Source of the DNA: Camelus ferus
Lineage: Eukaryota
Length of the DNA: 64,000 nucleotides
Assembly (NCBI RefSeq): GCF_009834535.1
Contig: NC_045725.1
Span: 2,790,001-2,854,000, forward strand
Direction: 5' to 3'
Shown: in pieces, positions 25,581 to 37,685 of the stretch
Layout: each line of letters opens with the position of its first letter
Position numbering within the stretch: the first letter of the stretch is position 1
The notes under the pieces: generated by a model
What the model was told of the DNA's origin: nothing
The model's database searches: none
Seen by the model: the letters and a program-made list of their open reading frames with translations, nothing else
Position numbers and translations under genes: made by a program

Positions 25581-26544
25581 ACAGTTCCTTGTGTTCACTT
25601 CTCACCAGTGGTTACTGCAAGATGTTAGGTAGGAAATTCCGAAAGTCACTGCCATCTTCCTTGTTAACTTGTGCATCTACGTGCAGGTGTTTATAAAGAA
25701 CAAGTTGCCATCATTCAGTTATCTTCTCAAGGCTACCCGTCAGCGTCTTCCCTTCCTCGCGCTGCTAATCATCTAGAGATGCGCAATGCCCCAGACCTAC
25801 GGGGCACACTTCTTTCCACACAGGACATACTCATAGTGTAAATAACACCCAGCTTATCCTCCTTTTTAACTCAGGTATATTCCTAGAGGCATCGTTGCAG
25901 CTGAGTCTTTCCAACTTTCCTTTCTCAACTGAACAGCGGGACTAAAGCTTTCAGGGTTATTCCTGTAATTCCACGACTTAAGGGATAAAGCAAATCCCTG
26001 TAAAATTAGCCCTGTGTCCCTGTGGAAACATTAACTTTAGGACTGCTTTCTGGGACGTGGACCCCAAGGGGAAAAAACTTGTACAATCAACAAAATCTGA
26101 CGATGCCAAAGCCAAAAGAACCGCAAGCCTGTGAGGATGAGACTGTCTCCCGGAACGTGGACGTAAACGCAGCCGGACAGCGGCTCCCAAGGGGCCCGAA
26201 TGCAGCGGCGCGCAGATGGCACGGTGAGCGCTCCAGGGTGCGCCTGTGAGCTCGCCTCGCCGCCCCGGCCCTGCGAGCAGCAAGCCCCCGCCCAGCCCTG
26301 CCGCCCCGGCACAGGGGGCGCCGCGACCCTTGCGGCTTCTGGACGAGACCACGCGGGCGGTGCGCGGAGAGACGAGAGGCGGGGACGCAGACTCAGCCCC
26401 GCACTTCGCGCACGGCTGCGGACACTGAAATGCTCAGCTGGCTCCTTCTGAGGTACTTTCACGTGCGTTTTTACTGACAATGGGATCATCGTGAGATTTT
26501 TGTCTCAGTAGATTTACTGTGGGATAGAGAAGGCCTCCATCCGA

Positions 26545-26592
26545 GACCCCGACCCTGACCCTAACCTTGACCCTAACCCTGACCCCAACCCC
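26545..26592. repeat. Eight tandem telomere-variant hexamers (RACCCY)
   Basis: GACCCC GACCCT GACCCT AACCTT GACCCT AACCCT GACCCC AACCCC. Confidence 0.9.
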
Positions 26593-26624
26593 GAGCAGCC
26601 CCTATTTCATGCTGACCACAGCAC

Positions 26625-26715
26625 AGTGAGGGACTTTCATTCCTCCCACTTTACGGGAAACTGAGGTTCGGAGAGGTGGAGTAACTCGCCCCGGGCCACC
26701 AGCAGGAGCCCGGAT
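26625..26715 (-). mobile_element. MIR core fragment (GC-shifted)
   Basis: CCCACTTTAC..GGGAAACTGAGGTTCGGAGAGGTGGAGTAACTCGCCCCGGGCCAC versus MIR CCCATTTTACAGATGAGGAAACTGAGGC.CAGAGAGGTTAAGTAACTTGCCCAAGGTCAC. Confidence 0.8.
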
Positions 26716-28034
26716 GAGGGCCTGGCTCATCCGCCACGCTGCTCTCTGGCAGTTAGGACCTCTCGTGGGCGGCAGCGGGTCAAAACGCCTGGAAGCCACG
26801 GCCCGCACTTCCGCGTCGGGCAGCGCCTCCATCCGTGCGGCCTCCGGCTGCAAGCCCCGCGCGCCCCCGCCGGGGCACCACGTGCCGGCCCCGCTGCCGC
26901 GGGGGCGTGTCGCTGAAAGTGGTGGCGCGCCGGTTGAGCCGGTTCTCCCCGGCGAATCTCGCTTGCTGACTTTCATTTTCACCCCCTTGACGACACGAAG
27001 TTCGGACGGCCATGAGGACGCGGCGGAAACACTCGCTACCCCGGTGGCTGTTCAGGAACCTCCCGAGGGCGCGGACTCCCGCCCAAGGAGCGCGCGGCAG
27101 GTGCGCCTGCAGCCCTCGCTGCTCCCCGCCCGGCCCCCACGCCCCTCCCTCCGCGGTCCTCCTTCAGCATCTCGCAGAGGGCGGCACAGCTGCCCGGGGC
27201 CCTCCGGGGTCCTCCTGCTCTCCCGGCACCTTCCGCGCGTTTACCGAGGCGTCCCCTCGCTCTCTCAACTGGACTGACTGCAAGAATGAAATGAAACGCA
27301 GGCGACGTCCAAACTCCAGCTCCGCCGTCCGCAGACGGCTCGCTGCCGCACGTGACGGAGCGCAGCTGGGGGGCCGCCCACGGCGGGGCTGCGCAGGGCC
27401 GCGCTGGGCCACGTCCTCCGCGCCACTCCCGCCGCCCCGCGGCCCCGCGCACCTCCAGCACCGACGCTCAGAACAGGGCTGCTCTGGGACAGGGCCCTAA
27501 TCGGAGACTAGTCGCTGCGTTTTTCTTGTCTTCCTTTTCCTGCCAGTGTGTAGATGTGCCTTTGAGGCTGGGATCTGCCAACTCAAAACGATACTTGTAA
27601 AATAAACTCTCTTTCTGCTCATCTGAGCCCGCAGGGCAGTCTCACTAGCTTGCGCGCACACAGAAGTCTGACCCGGACTTTCGTTATTTTGATCTCTTCT
27701 GTGTTCTAGTCTTGCGTTTTCTAAATACTGGTTTCTAAACTATTTCACAAACACTCCTCCCAAGTGTGACCTGAAGTTCGGCTTTGCGTCTGATAAAGCT
27801 CTGAACAGGCGCGCTGGCTGGGAGGGAGCGCGCCCTCCGTCCCAGGAGCAGTGCGGGCAGCTCGCGGTGCCCTCAGCTGTGCTTCCAAGTCCTTGGTCCA
27901 AAACCGGCTCTCCTCTCGTCCACAAGCAGCCCCCCAGATGGTTACACGTCCCACACTCTTCGGAGGGTTTAGGGTAAATCCGCAGAGATTCGTTTTCTGG
28001 AAGGAAGGAGCATTATGCTGGGGTAATAACTAGA

Positions 28035-28245
28035 AGGAGGAGAGGGGAGGGGAGATGGAGACGGGGGGGAGGAGGGGAGATGGAGACTAGGGGGGATGAC
28101 TGCGGAGGGGAGGGGAGATGGAGACCGGGGGATGACTGTGGAGGGGAGGGGAGATGGGGGGAGATGACTGGGGGGGAGATGACTTAGGAGGGGAGGGGAG
28201 ATGGAGGGGGTGGAGATGACTGAGGAGGGGAGGGGAGGAGACAGG
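28035..28245. repeat. Purine-rich degenerate minisatellite (~35-bp unit)
   Basis: About six copies of GAGGGGAGGGGAGATGG..GGGGGATGACTG; the + strand is almost devoid of C. Confidence 0.85.
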
Positions 28246-30137
28246 AGGCGGCAGGGGCCCCCAGGCTGGAGGTCCCTGGGTCTGAGACGCTACCGCCCAG
28301 ATGAGAATGAAGATGCTCCCACGTGGCTCTTTATGCCTGGACTGGAAAAACCCTCAAAAGTCCAAGCTGTCAACTTGAAAGGAAGCTAACTATTTTTGCC
28401 TGCGTTTAGTTTCAAATGCACCAGTTCTTATTTCTTAAAGAGGGAGGTGGAACCATAAACGTTCGATGCCCTGCCGTTCTGTGTTAGGCACACAGTGCTT
28501 GCTCAGACTTTCCGCGGGGTCATGGGCGGGACTTCCAGGGACCCCTGCTCTGCTCTCCGCGCTCAGACCAGTGTCCTGCATCCTGTCCTCTGACTGCACT
28601 TCAGACCCCGGGCGGACACAGACGAGGCCTGGCTTTCCTTGCTGTGCTTTTCTTACCAGGTATCCCCTCTGTGCGTCCCAAACCTCCATCCTCCCCACAA
28701 GATTACCCTATGGGGTGTTTGGGGGCGTCCCGTGTGAATAAGTTGGGACATCGAATACTGAGATCATCTGCAAAGGCCGACTTGCCTTTTTAAACGCTTG
28801 CATTCTGAATCCTGTTTCCTTCCCGCTCCTGTGGTGACGCTTCAGCATCAGGAGGGGTCTTGTTGCGGCTAGAGCCGTGGCTTTGATTTACCAGCGCGTC
28901 ACCCCCACTGGCATCTGTTGGAAAGGCAGCTCTTTATGGGCTCTCCTTCTGCGTGGGGCCCTGACTGGAAACTCACTGCTGCCCCGGTTCCCATTTACAA
29001 ATATGACGGCGGGAAGGGTCTCCACTCCACAGGCGCCGGGCTGTCTGGGTCCCCACCGGGTCAGGGCTGCCCACGGCCGGGCGCCGGGAGGGGAGGCTGC
29101 AAGACACCCTGGATTCCCTTCTCCCAGCCCGCGGCAGAGGGCCCCTGCCCAGTGATGTGGGGGACTTTGGGGAAATTCCGATGCTGGGTAATTCCCTCTT
29201 TTCTAAAGAAGTGACTTCGGGGAACAGAACTTGCCTTTAGTTCAGGAATTTGTAATATTTCAGAAATCTCTCCCATGTTTAGGAGCTGATTCATTTTGTT
29301 ACCTTTCCTTGTTCGGCAGGGAGCTGGTGCTCACACATTCTTTGAAAAGAATACATCATGGATGACTCCACTTTGCAGCTGTCCTTAAAGACTGTCACCT
29401 GCGGCCAGGTGACGGGCTTAAGGTGGTGTGCAAGTGGCCCTGTGGCTTGTTCAGGTCCAGGGATGTGGGTGGGATGAGGGGTCTGTGTGGATGGGCTTGG
29501 CTAAAGTCTTCAGTTTCGTGCCTTACTGGGGAAAAAATAATAAATTTGCTGCTATGGTTTGGGATAGAAAATACAAATGAGGGATGCACGCTTTTTTGAA
29601 ATCCAACTTTATTTGCCCCACGAACTCTGCAGATTCTTAGGATGCTGGTGTGATCAGCAGTCCTCGGTTGGGTCCTGCTGTTTCTGCGCCCACACGGTCC
29701 CCGAAGCAGCGAGCTTCTGGTTTTCATCATTCCGAGTGTCAGCACTTTTCTGCGCCTCTGCCCATTTCGCTGTGACACCTGACTGTGAGGCGCCCCTCCC
29801 GCGTGTGTCTGTCCCCGAGGCCTCGGAGATGGGCTGGTTTTCTGTATCGGTGACGAAACACCTGAACCGTGTTGTCACTGGACAGAATTCAGGTTTGGGC
29901 AGAGGTCCTGCTTTCTAGCTTTTTCCAGGGATCAGAAGACCTTGGGGCTCAGCCATGAGCCTTGGGGCGCCTCTTGAGTTTGGGGGCTTTCATTTCCTTT
30001 TCTCAGAAACGGGCACAGCACGTCAAATGGGATTGTTGTTGTGAGTGAGAAATGATGTCGGACACTCTGAAAATGCCAGGTTTCCGGCTAACGGCCCCTC
30101 TGTTTCTTTCAGCATCTGAAGACCTCGTCGGCTCAGG

Positions 30138-30188
30138 ATGGGGAACCACTCCGGGAAGCGAGACTTAAGTGCCGAAAAGGGAAATAAG
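30138..30188 (+). CDS. MBP: Golli-MBP coding exon 2 (whole exon 30113-30188): MGNHSGKRDLSAEKGNK
   Basis: Homologous to the human Golli N-terminus MGNHAGKRELNAEKAST (17 codons). Acceptor TTTCTTTCAG at 30103-30112, 25-nt UTR, strong Kozak AGGATGG, in-frame upstream TGA at 30117-30119, phase-0 donor AAG|GTAAAA. Gly2 is the known Golli myristoylation site. Confidence 0.95.
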
Positions 30189-33100
30189 GTAAAAGGGAAT
30201 TGGCTCAAAGGCCTTCCAACCTGCGAGTCCTCCGTGCTTACACCCCGTGGCCGCCAGGGCTTCCGCCCTGACTGTCAGCTCATTTACCCTCCTCCTTTAG
30301 AAAGCTGCAGGGCTTGGACCGCTGGCCCTGAGCACACAGCTCAAACCCGAATCCTGGGCCAGGACTGCAGATGCACCCCGGCCTTACTGTGACTGGCCCC
30401 TCTCCGCACCGCCACTGTAGGGCGTTTGGAAATATGGGAGAGCAAAGGGGAGAAATGCCAGTAAAAACCGCTCAGAATGGCGTCTGTGTGCCTCTAGCCT
30501 CAAGCTCGCAGTCTTCCACCTTATTCACCAGTGTCCTCTGTTTGACGATGGTCAGGGACCGTGGTCCTCAGTCCTCCCTGCCCCTCCCCGAGCTGTGCAA
30601 ACAGGTGACAGTCACAGCACCGTCACCGGGCATCTGACGGCTTCCTCTCTGCCCACTGAAGACACAGTTCAGATGAGGAGACGGGCCCGACGGTGTGTGC
30701 AGGACCGTGGCCCCACCGAGTCTACAGGGGGAGAGGTTACCCACTCCACTTCTTCTGTCCTTGAACTCGAGGCAGGTGACGGTTCATCAGAATGTCATGT
30801 GGGCCCCCCACCTCACACTCACGCACAGAAGAGCTTCATAAACATCCGCTGGGTTGAACCACGTTAAACTGCAGCCCACGACCCGCAGCCGAGGTTCCAT
30901 GTGCAGGCTTTGTTAGTAACAGTGGACTTGGCAACAGCAGGTCCTCCTCTGATCTGAACTTGGCCTTCATTTCTGTGTCAGCCACGTGGGTAATTTTCCA
31001 TAATTTTCTCTCAAGCCATCGGTGTAAAGTCAATAAGTGATTGCATGCTGTTTGTGTTCATATCTTAGCTTCAAGTGTTTAAACACCTAAGACAAAACAT
31101 GGTTTTATCTCAAACAATGTGATGCAGTTTTTCTCCTAGTGATTTCAGTCCCCAGGTGAAGCGGGGGGATCGGCATTTTCACAGCGTTACCATTGATTTG
31201 GAGTTCCCCCCTCTCTGTTGGAAGGTCTTACACACGTGGGACTGGTTCTAGTCAGTCTTGAGTGGGGATCCCCTGTTATTTTCTGCAACTGGGGTGTGAA
31301 CTGCGTTATCGATAATCACCTTGTTAAGATAACAGTGGCTCTGAGCCGAGGGGGTGTTCGGTGACTGAAGACCATGGGTGTGGGCAGCGTCTGCACCAGG
31401 ACGGTGTGGTCTTGGCAGAAAGTGAAAGCGGAAAAACAGCCCTTCTCAGAAAGCTCCGTCCTGTCAACGGGCGGCTTTTTAAGGCACAGAGCGACTGATT
31501 TGCAACTTGCTTCTAAAAAACCTCTCCGTGGCTGGCAGTCTCTTTCCTGTCACTGACGCTGAAAACACCAAAACATCTTTCTCTGTTTAATTTTACCGAA
31601 GTCAGATTGTTGAGCAACAGGCGAGCCCACGCCTACGCGTTTGTTTTCTGAAGCCTAATCTGATGATTTAAAACCAAGAAGAATCGGGAGTTTAAGACCA
31701 GTGGTTCCTGTAGGTAGTTGCCACATGTAAGGGCTCCTTTCTTTTCTTTTTTGTAACTGGATTGAAAATATTTGAGGTCTTTTAGAGGGAGTGCTCTGGC
31801 ATGTCATGTAGCCTTTAAACTTAAACCAGAAGGGAAAAAAAAAAATCGCGTGAGCTCGTGACCTGCTGTTTACTGCCTGGTGTGTTTCTGCAGTAATTCT
31901 GGGAGGCTTTTTTGTCACTTAGGAGAGAGTCGATGGAAAGCTGCCTGTTCCAGGGAGCTGGCTGCTGACCTGTTAATAGGGAGGGAACCCATGGGGAGAG
32001 GTCACCCACTCACCCCCCCCACCTCTGGCCTCTTGTGGGAGCTGCTGCCCAGAGAGCCAGGCTCCCCCTGCCCCTGACTCGCATCCCCCCACCACTCAGC
32101 CCCACGTCCTCACGCCCCTGGCCCGCCGCCCTGCGGCGGGTGTAGACCCCAGAGGTCCTGTGTCGTGACTCCCTGCTCTGCCCGCCCTCTGGCCAGCACT
32201 GGGGAAGGAGGCAGAGATGCTGGCTCCCCACCAGGAATTCACAGCCGCCAGCTCTCAGGGACCCCCTCCGGTGACTCCCCCCTGTTCTTTCACTGGAGTC
32301 TCTGTCCTGAAGAAGGCACGCCAGGCTGGAGGAGAGACCACATGATGGAGGGGATGACTGTGGAATTTCTCTGATCAGAGCAAAAACGGGCTCCCCTTCC
32401 AGCCTCACATGTTAGCATGTCAAGGTCAAGTGGGACTCGCACCCGGCAGCCGCATGGCTGAGAGCCCGCGCTCAGGGCCCTGTGGGCCGCATGCAGCTGG
32501 TGGACAGAAGGGAGGCCCCCAGGGTCCAGCGGACGCTTCGGGGAACCGTTCTCATTCTCAGGAATGAAGAAATCCCTGTTTTTCTAGGAGTCCTGCTGCA
32601 ATTTGGTTTCCCACCAGTTCACCAGCTCTTGGTCGGTCGGTGCCTCTTCACCACGGTCACTTGGCAGGAGCAGGAAGGACACACCCCAGGTGCCTGGGGA
32701 ACCCAGACACATGTTTCTCAGCGGCCCCACCCACAGAGGCTGGGGAGGAAAACCGGTTCCACAGGCTAAAAATACAGCCCCTGCCCCCCTCCCCCACCCC
32801 GGAGGTTGTGGATCGGGTAGCATGTGAGCAGGCAGACAAGACGCTTGGCCTCAGTGGCTCCTGGAGGAAAGAGCCTGTTCCCTGCGGTCAGCACGGGCCA
32901 GGAGCTGGACCAGCCCGTCCCCAGGAGAGAGTGGTCCTGGCCCAGCTGATGCACTGGGCTCCGTCCCGTTACTCAGGTGCTGGCCCTTCCTCTCGCTCCG
33001 CGCTGCTCTGACTGCTGTCAGTCTTTGATCTGTGGGTTTACTCTTTGGAGTTTCCTGGTGACTCCGCGTTAGACCCGCCGACGGCCATGGCAGCTGCAGT

Positions 33101-34944
33101 GGATGCTGACATCAGCGCCTGCACAGCTCTGGGCAATAGTAATTTTGAAAACCTGCTGGTGGTGCAGGACAAGCTCATCTCTGTACTCTTCCTAGCGGCG
33201 GTATCTGGCTCACAGAGCTTCTCCACAGGTGCCAACCATGTTTCTGGAGGTTTCTCTTGAAGCAGCTTAACAGAAATGATGCCACACTGCAGAGCAAGGT
33301 CTGAGGGCTTTTGCAGAATCCAGCCTCACACCTGAGTTTTACAGTCGGGAGCAACGTGTTAGCCTGTTGCATGGATCCCGTTAGACTGACTACTTATTTA
33401 AGTGGCCTCTTCAAAGCCCAGTGCGTGCCCAGTGCCTCTCCAGGGATAGTCACGCCCCTGGAGACGCCGTCCTCGTGTTTAACCATTATCGAAACCCCAC
33501 TGTCTGCTGAGACTCTGGGACAGCGTGCGGATGGCACTCTGAGAAGTGAGACGTTTCGTCTGCAAATATACAAAGGGTCATGAAGCAGATCAGCTCTTTC
33601 TATGGGCGTGGAGCTGGAAGAGGTCGACTGGGCTGCAGAAGACCTTTCCTTCACAGGACTGACACCCCAGCTGTGGGGTAGGCTGGCTCTTTCCACCCAG
33701 GGTCTCATTCCTCGCCTTTATTCCTCTACATAGTCCTGCGTCGCCTCATCCCGAGGTGGCAGGTGGTCCCACCTGCTCGGGACGCTCGGTTCTCGTCACA
33801 CCGGCCTCGGGAAGGAGCCGCCACTCTGCTTTAAACCACCGTCAGCCCGCGGGCTCCAGGCCATCACCTCCCCTCTCTGCTCGGAAGTTAAGTGCAGCGG
33901 GGGCCTGACTTCCGTCGGCTCTGCTCCTGGGTGTGCCCCACCAGAGCTGCTGCAGAGGTGGGGCTGCCTGCACAGCCTGTCTGGGGGCCCAGCGTGCCCC
34001 CAGACTGCCAGCCCAGGACTGGTGGCTGCTGGCCGGCTTCACCTGCAGGCCCCAGCCCAGGGCAGGGTGTCATCCCTGCTGCCTGCCCGTCCAGTGAGCC
34101 CTTCAAAACCCTACCCAGCATGGCTCCCCTACATCGTGTGCCTCTTCTCTCTGCAGTTCCTTGTTGGAACCAACCACTTACCCCAGGGCTATTGCACATG
34201 ATGGGGAACAGATTTATTAAGAAACTCACTTCCGTCCAGTCACCCAGGCTCTGGCCCGGAGCCTCCCAGGATGGGGCTGCAGTGCCCTGAGCCGGAAATT
34301 CACCTGAGAATTGTCCCTTTCTGATTTGGTGGCCATGTGTTGGTGACTGTTAGACCCATCCACACGTAGTTCTGTTTTCATAGGCAAGTCTTGTAAATAG
34401 GTGTTTTTTTGAGAACTCAGGTAGCTCTTAAGTTAACCAAATACTACATATTTAACAGCTTAGGGGGCTGAAAAGTGGAAGGCACTTCCCTACAGAGACC
34501 TGCCAGTCCAGTCTGAGCCTTAGCTACCCAGAAAGCCCGAGGCCACGTCTGGTAAAGTCTTAGACACGAGGAGCTGGCAGATTGCTCCCCGTACTTGTCT
34601 TCAGCAGCCCCAGTCCCCCACTGCTCTGTCTCTGTCTCTCTCTCTGTGTGTGTTGCACACACACACCCATAAAGAATTCCTCTTCGCCCCGACGGTGGAA
34701 CACTGAACTCTCCTTCCAGGCGGATGGCCCAGCTACACCCATGGCTGCCGGTACCAGTGCCCGCCCTGCAGATGCCCCCCACAGCACCGTGCCGTGGGCC
34801 CTCTGCCCTGTCCCTGTGCCGTCCCTCAGGCTGGTCACAAGACACACGTGGCTAAGAAGCCTGGGAAATGTGGTTGGTCCAACTGAAGAGCCACATTTTT
34901 AGCCTGATTTATTTTTAAGTAATTTGGATTTAAAGAGCTGCCCA

Positions 34945-35127
34945 GGCGAGGGTACAGCTCAGTGGTCGAGCGTGTGCTCAGCACGCATGAGGTCCGGGGT
35001 TCAATCCCCAGCCCCTCCATTAAAAACAAACAAACAAACAAATAAACCAACCTAATTACCTCCCCCTACCAAAAGAAAGTAATAAAGTTAAAAAAAAGAA
35101 TTCTTAAGAAAATAGTTTTAAAAATGC
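34945..35127 (+). mobile_element. tRNA-derived SINE (camelid Vic-1-like) with target-site duplication
   Basis: A box CAGCTCAGTGG and B box GGTTCAATCCC (34998-35008), tail AAATAAACCAACCTAATTACCTCCCCC, TSD AAGAGCTGCC at 34933-34942 and 35128-35137. Confidence 0.9.
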
Positions 35128-37612
35128 AAGAGCTGCCTGTGAGCAGGGGCAGTGCATCCGACAGGACGCGTCGCCTCGGTTCTCAGGGTTCCGGGCCCTA
35201 CAGGTCGGCAGCAGCTCCTTCCTGTTGATGACAAAAATCAGAGTCTTTCGCAAAATCATCGGATTCCATGCAACACTGAGCTCAGAAGGTCAGGTCCTCT
35301 GGAAGCACATGTCCACCACCGAGGACAGCGCTGGGGGGGTGCCCGCCATGCCCACCTCCCAGCGGTGCTGCGAGCGGCGCCCTCCGGCCAGTGCTGCCAG
35401 CTGCGGCGTCCGGTCAGTGGGACTGGCTCTGACGTCCCCGCACACACGGAAGCCCGCCCGCCTGACGCGCTGAGTGGGTCCGAGGACCTCCAGCGAGCTC
35501 CTAGAGCCAGAAACGGAGCAGAGCATGCATCCTTCCGAAGAGGCCCTCCAGGGCCCGGGACTCATCAGCGACTGACTGCCAGTTGTCAATCGTCAGTTTC
35601 CGGCGACCGCTGCGGGAACCTGAATGTGGGCTCTGAATCTGACCTGGAAACGAGCCACAAGGAAGTACAAAGAGAACCGTCTCATTGCAGGTTGGTTTGG
35701 AAAACTGCGTTCATACGTAAGAGCTCAGAGAGCAGCTCCCACCTGCTCCCCACGGGGCGGTGTCGGCAGATCCGTGTTAAGTGCAGGGTTTCGCTGCCTC
35801 AGTGGCGCGGCGTTGCTTTACAGCAGGTTCTCGAACGTGTCAAGGCAGCGATGTTTTTGCTCTTGGAAGGGACTAAAGAGAAGCTCTCTCGTCTGCAGTC
35901 TGTGCCGAAAGCCTGACCCCAAGGCTGACTCTGATTTTTCTGGAACGTAGGTGGGTGTGCTGTTTCCTCTGGCAGACTGAACACTCACACCTTTGCCAGG
36001 CGGGGCAGCCACAGGCGTCACAAACACAGATGTGGTTACTAAGGACATCAGGTGTAATTAGCAAGCGAACCACCCCCTCAACAACCCTTAATAAAAATAA
36101 CGGGGTGATGGTGGCGTGGTGCCCCAGGCAACAGAAAGCCAGCAGCACGTGGTTTATGAACTCGCCCGGCTTCCCTGTGCCCGTCCCAGGCCCCAGGTCC
36201 AGCCCCCTCTTAGGGGTGGCCACTTTGACCCCTGTCCAGGGCCCCTTCCTGACTCAAACCTGTTTCCTTCCCACTCGGGGACAGCCAAGCCGAGGCCTCA
36301 AGATCTTAGGGTTCAGGCTGAGTACGGGAAGGACCCCAGGAGTCAGTTTCCAGGGCCCTTGGGGCCTCAAGCTTAGGGTTTAGGGCTTGAAGACCCGGGG
36401 GCATCAGATTCCCAGGAGATGCACGTGTTCTGTGTTCTTTCAGCCCATTATAGGGTTTATTAGGGTTAAGAGTGAGTTTGCAAACTTAACTTTTATCAGA
36501 AACAGTGACCGCATTTGCAGGCCGCTGACTTGGGACCAAAAGTGGTTCAGCATAAGTGATGCATTAAACACTGGTCGTTGACTAGAAAGACTCCGTGTAA
36601 AACCGCAGCTGCAGGAGGGTGCGCTCTGGAGATCCCGCCGCCCACGGACAAGCCCTCCCTCCCCGCAGTCCTGCTCTTGGGTCCCGGGCAGCTGACCGCG
36701 TGGAGTCAGGAGCCCCGTGCCTCAGAAGGGAGCTGCTTGTCATCTTGTTTTCAGCTGGATTCCAACGTGCCTTCCTTCACCCTGTGGAAGCCCCAGACTC
36801 CTCCCGGCCCTGCGTCTGTCACACTTCATCACTTAACGAGGGCCGACAGGACGGCCGGGAGGGAGGTCAGAGATGTTGGCAGTCTCTCAAAAACGCAGAC
36901 CCAGCAGGTAGAGGTGGCCTTATTTCATTGAATCGTTTTCTGGGTTTGTTTTTTTTAAGTTGGGAAAATATCTGAGCTTGTGCAGGGCACACTTGACGTG
37001 AAGTAGTTTTCAGGCGTGGTTTTGGATTCACATTTTATTGGGAACCTGATTCCAAGGTTGATACCCAGATATTCACTCATCAATTCTTAGGAGCTTGAGC
37101 AGAGGTGCCCAGGCGGAAACTCTCCTTTGCAGAGGGTGGGCGCATCGGAGTCCCTGGGAGTGCGAAGTGTGTTGAGTGTCCTCCCGTGGGTGGTCCCACT
37201 CCCCGGGCTGGGGGCGGGGTTGGGTGGGAGGCCGCCTCCCCACCGGGCTCACTGCTCCGTGTGCCCGCAGAAGGCTCCTTGAGCTGCCATTTCACCCACT
37301 GCCAGGTAATTTCAGAAAGGCCACCATGTAATTTTATCTGCAAGAACAAGTCTATTTCAGACTCTGACAGTGAAAAGCGTGCCCTTTCGCACAAACACTG
37401 TGCTTGTTTTGTTATTAAGAACTTTTTTATATTTGATAAAACCCTCTTAGAAGGTTTTAAATGAAACTTAAAAATCCACTTTTAAAAACGATGCTTCCTG
37501 TCCCTTCTCAGCCGTTACTTCAGTGGTGCGGTTTTCAACGTTTAAATTTGGAAGCGAGGGATTTTTGTCGGCTGGAAGACATCTGCGAAAATTGATCTTC
37601 CTGTGTTTTTAG

Positions 37613-37685
37613 GGTGTATGTGTGTGTATGTGTATGTGTTTGTGAGGGTGTGTGTGTTTGTGTGTGTGCGTTCGTGTGTGCGTGC
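37613..37685. repeat. Imperfect (TG)n microsatellite
   Basis: GGGTGTATGTGTGTGTATGTGTATGTGTTTGTGAGGGTGTGTGTG... Confidence 0.85.

Larger units (their letters stand above)
26150..27480. promoter_or_regulatory. Second (intronic) CpG island, 2.6 kb upstream of exon 2
   Basis: Dense CpG and GC content, GC boxes (CTCCCGCCC 27077, CCCCGCCC 27123), CACGTGAC at 27349-27356, and a donor-like CAG|GTGCGC at 27100/27101. Confidence 0.7.

Noticed and set aside
26545-26592. Relic of a telomeric chromosome fusion
   Set aside because: Only 48 bp, one orientation, mostly variant hexamers and no head-to-head junction. Kept only as a motif array.
34945-35020. SINE heads (also 39913, 48284, 49775, 58759) as tRNA genes
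   Set aside because: They have A/B boxes but no complete cloverleaf, and carry SINE bodies, A-rich tails and TSDs.
35152-35916. 254-aa antisense ORF (and the similar 47235-47990, 44847-45488 and 47132-47761 ORFs)
   Set aside because: No recognisable domain or codon signal; expected by chance in GC-rich intronic DNA, and some include microsatellite translations.
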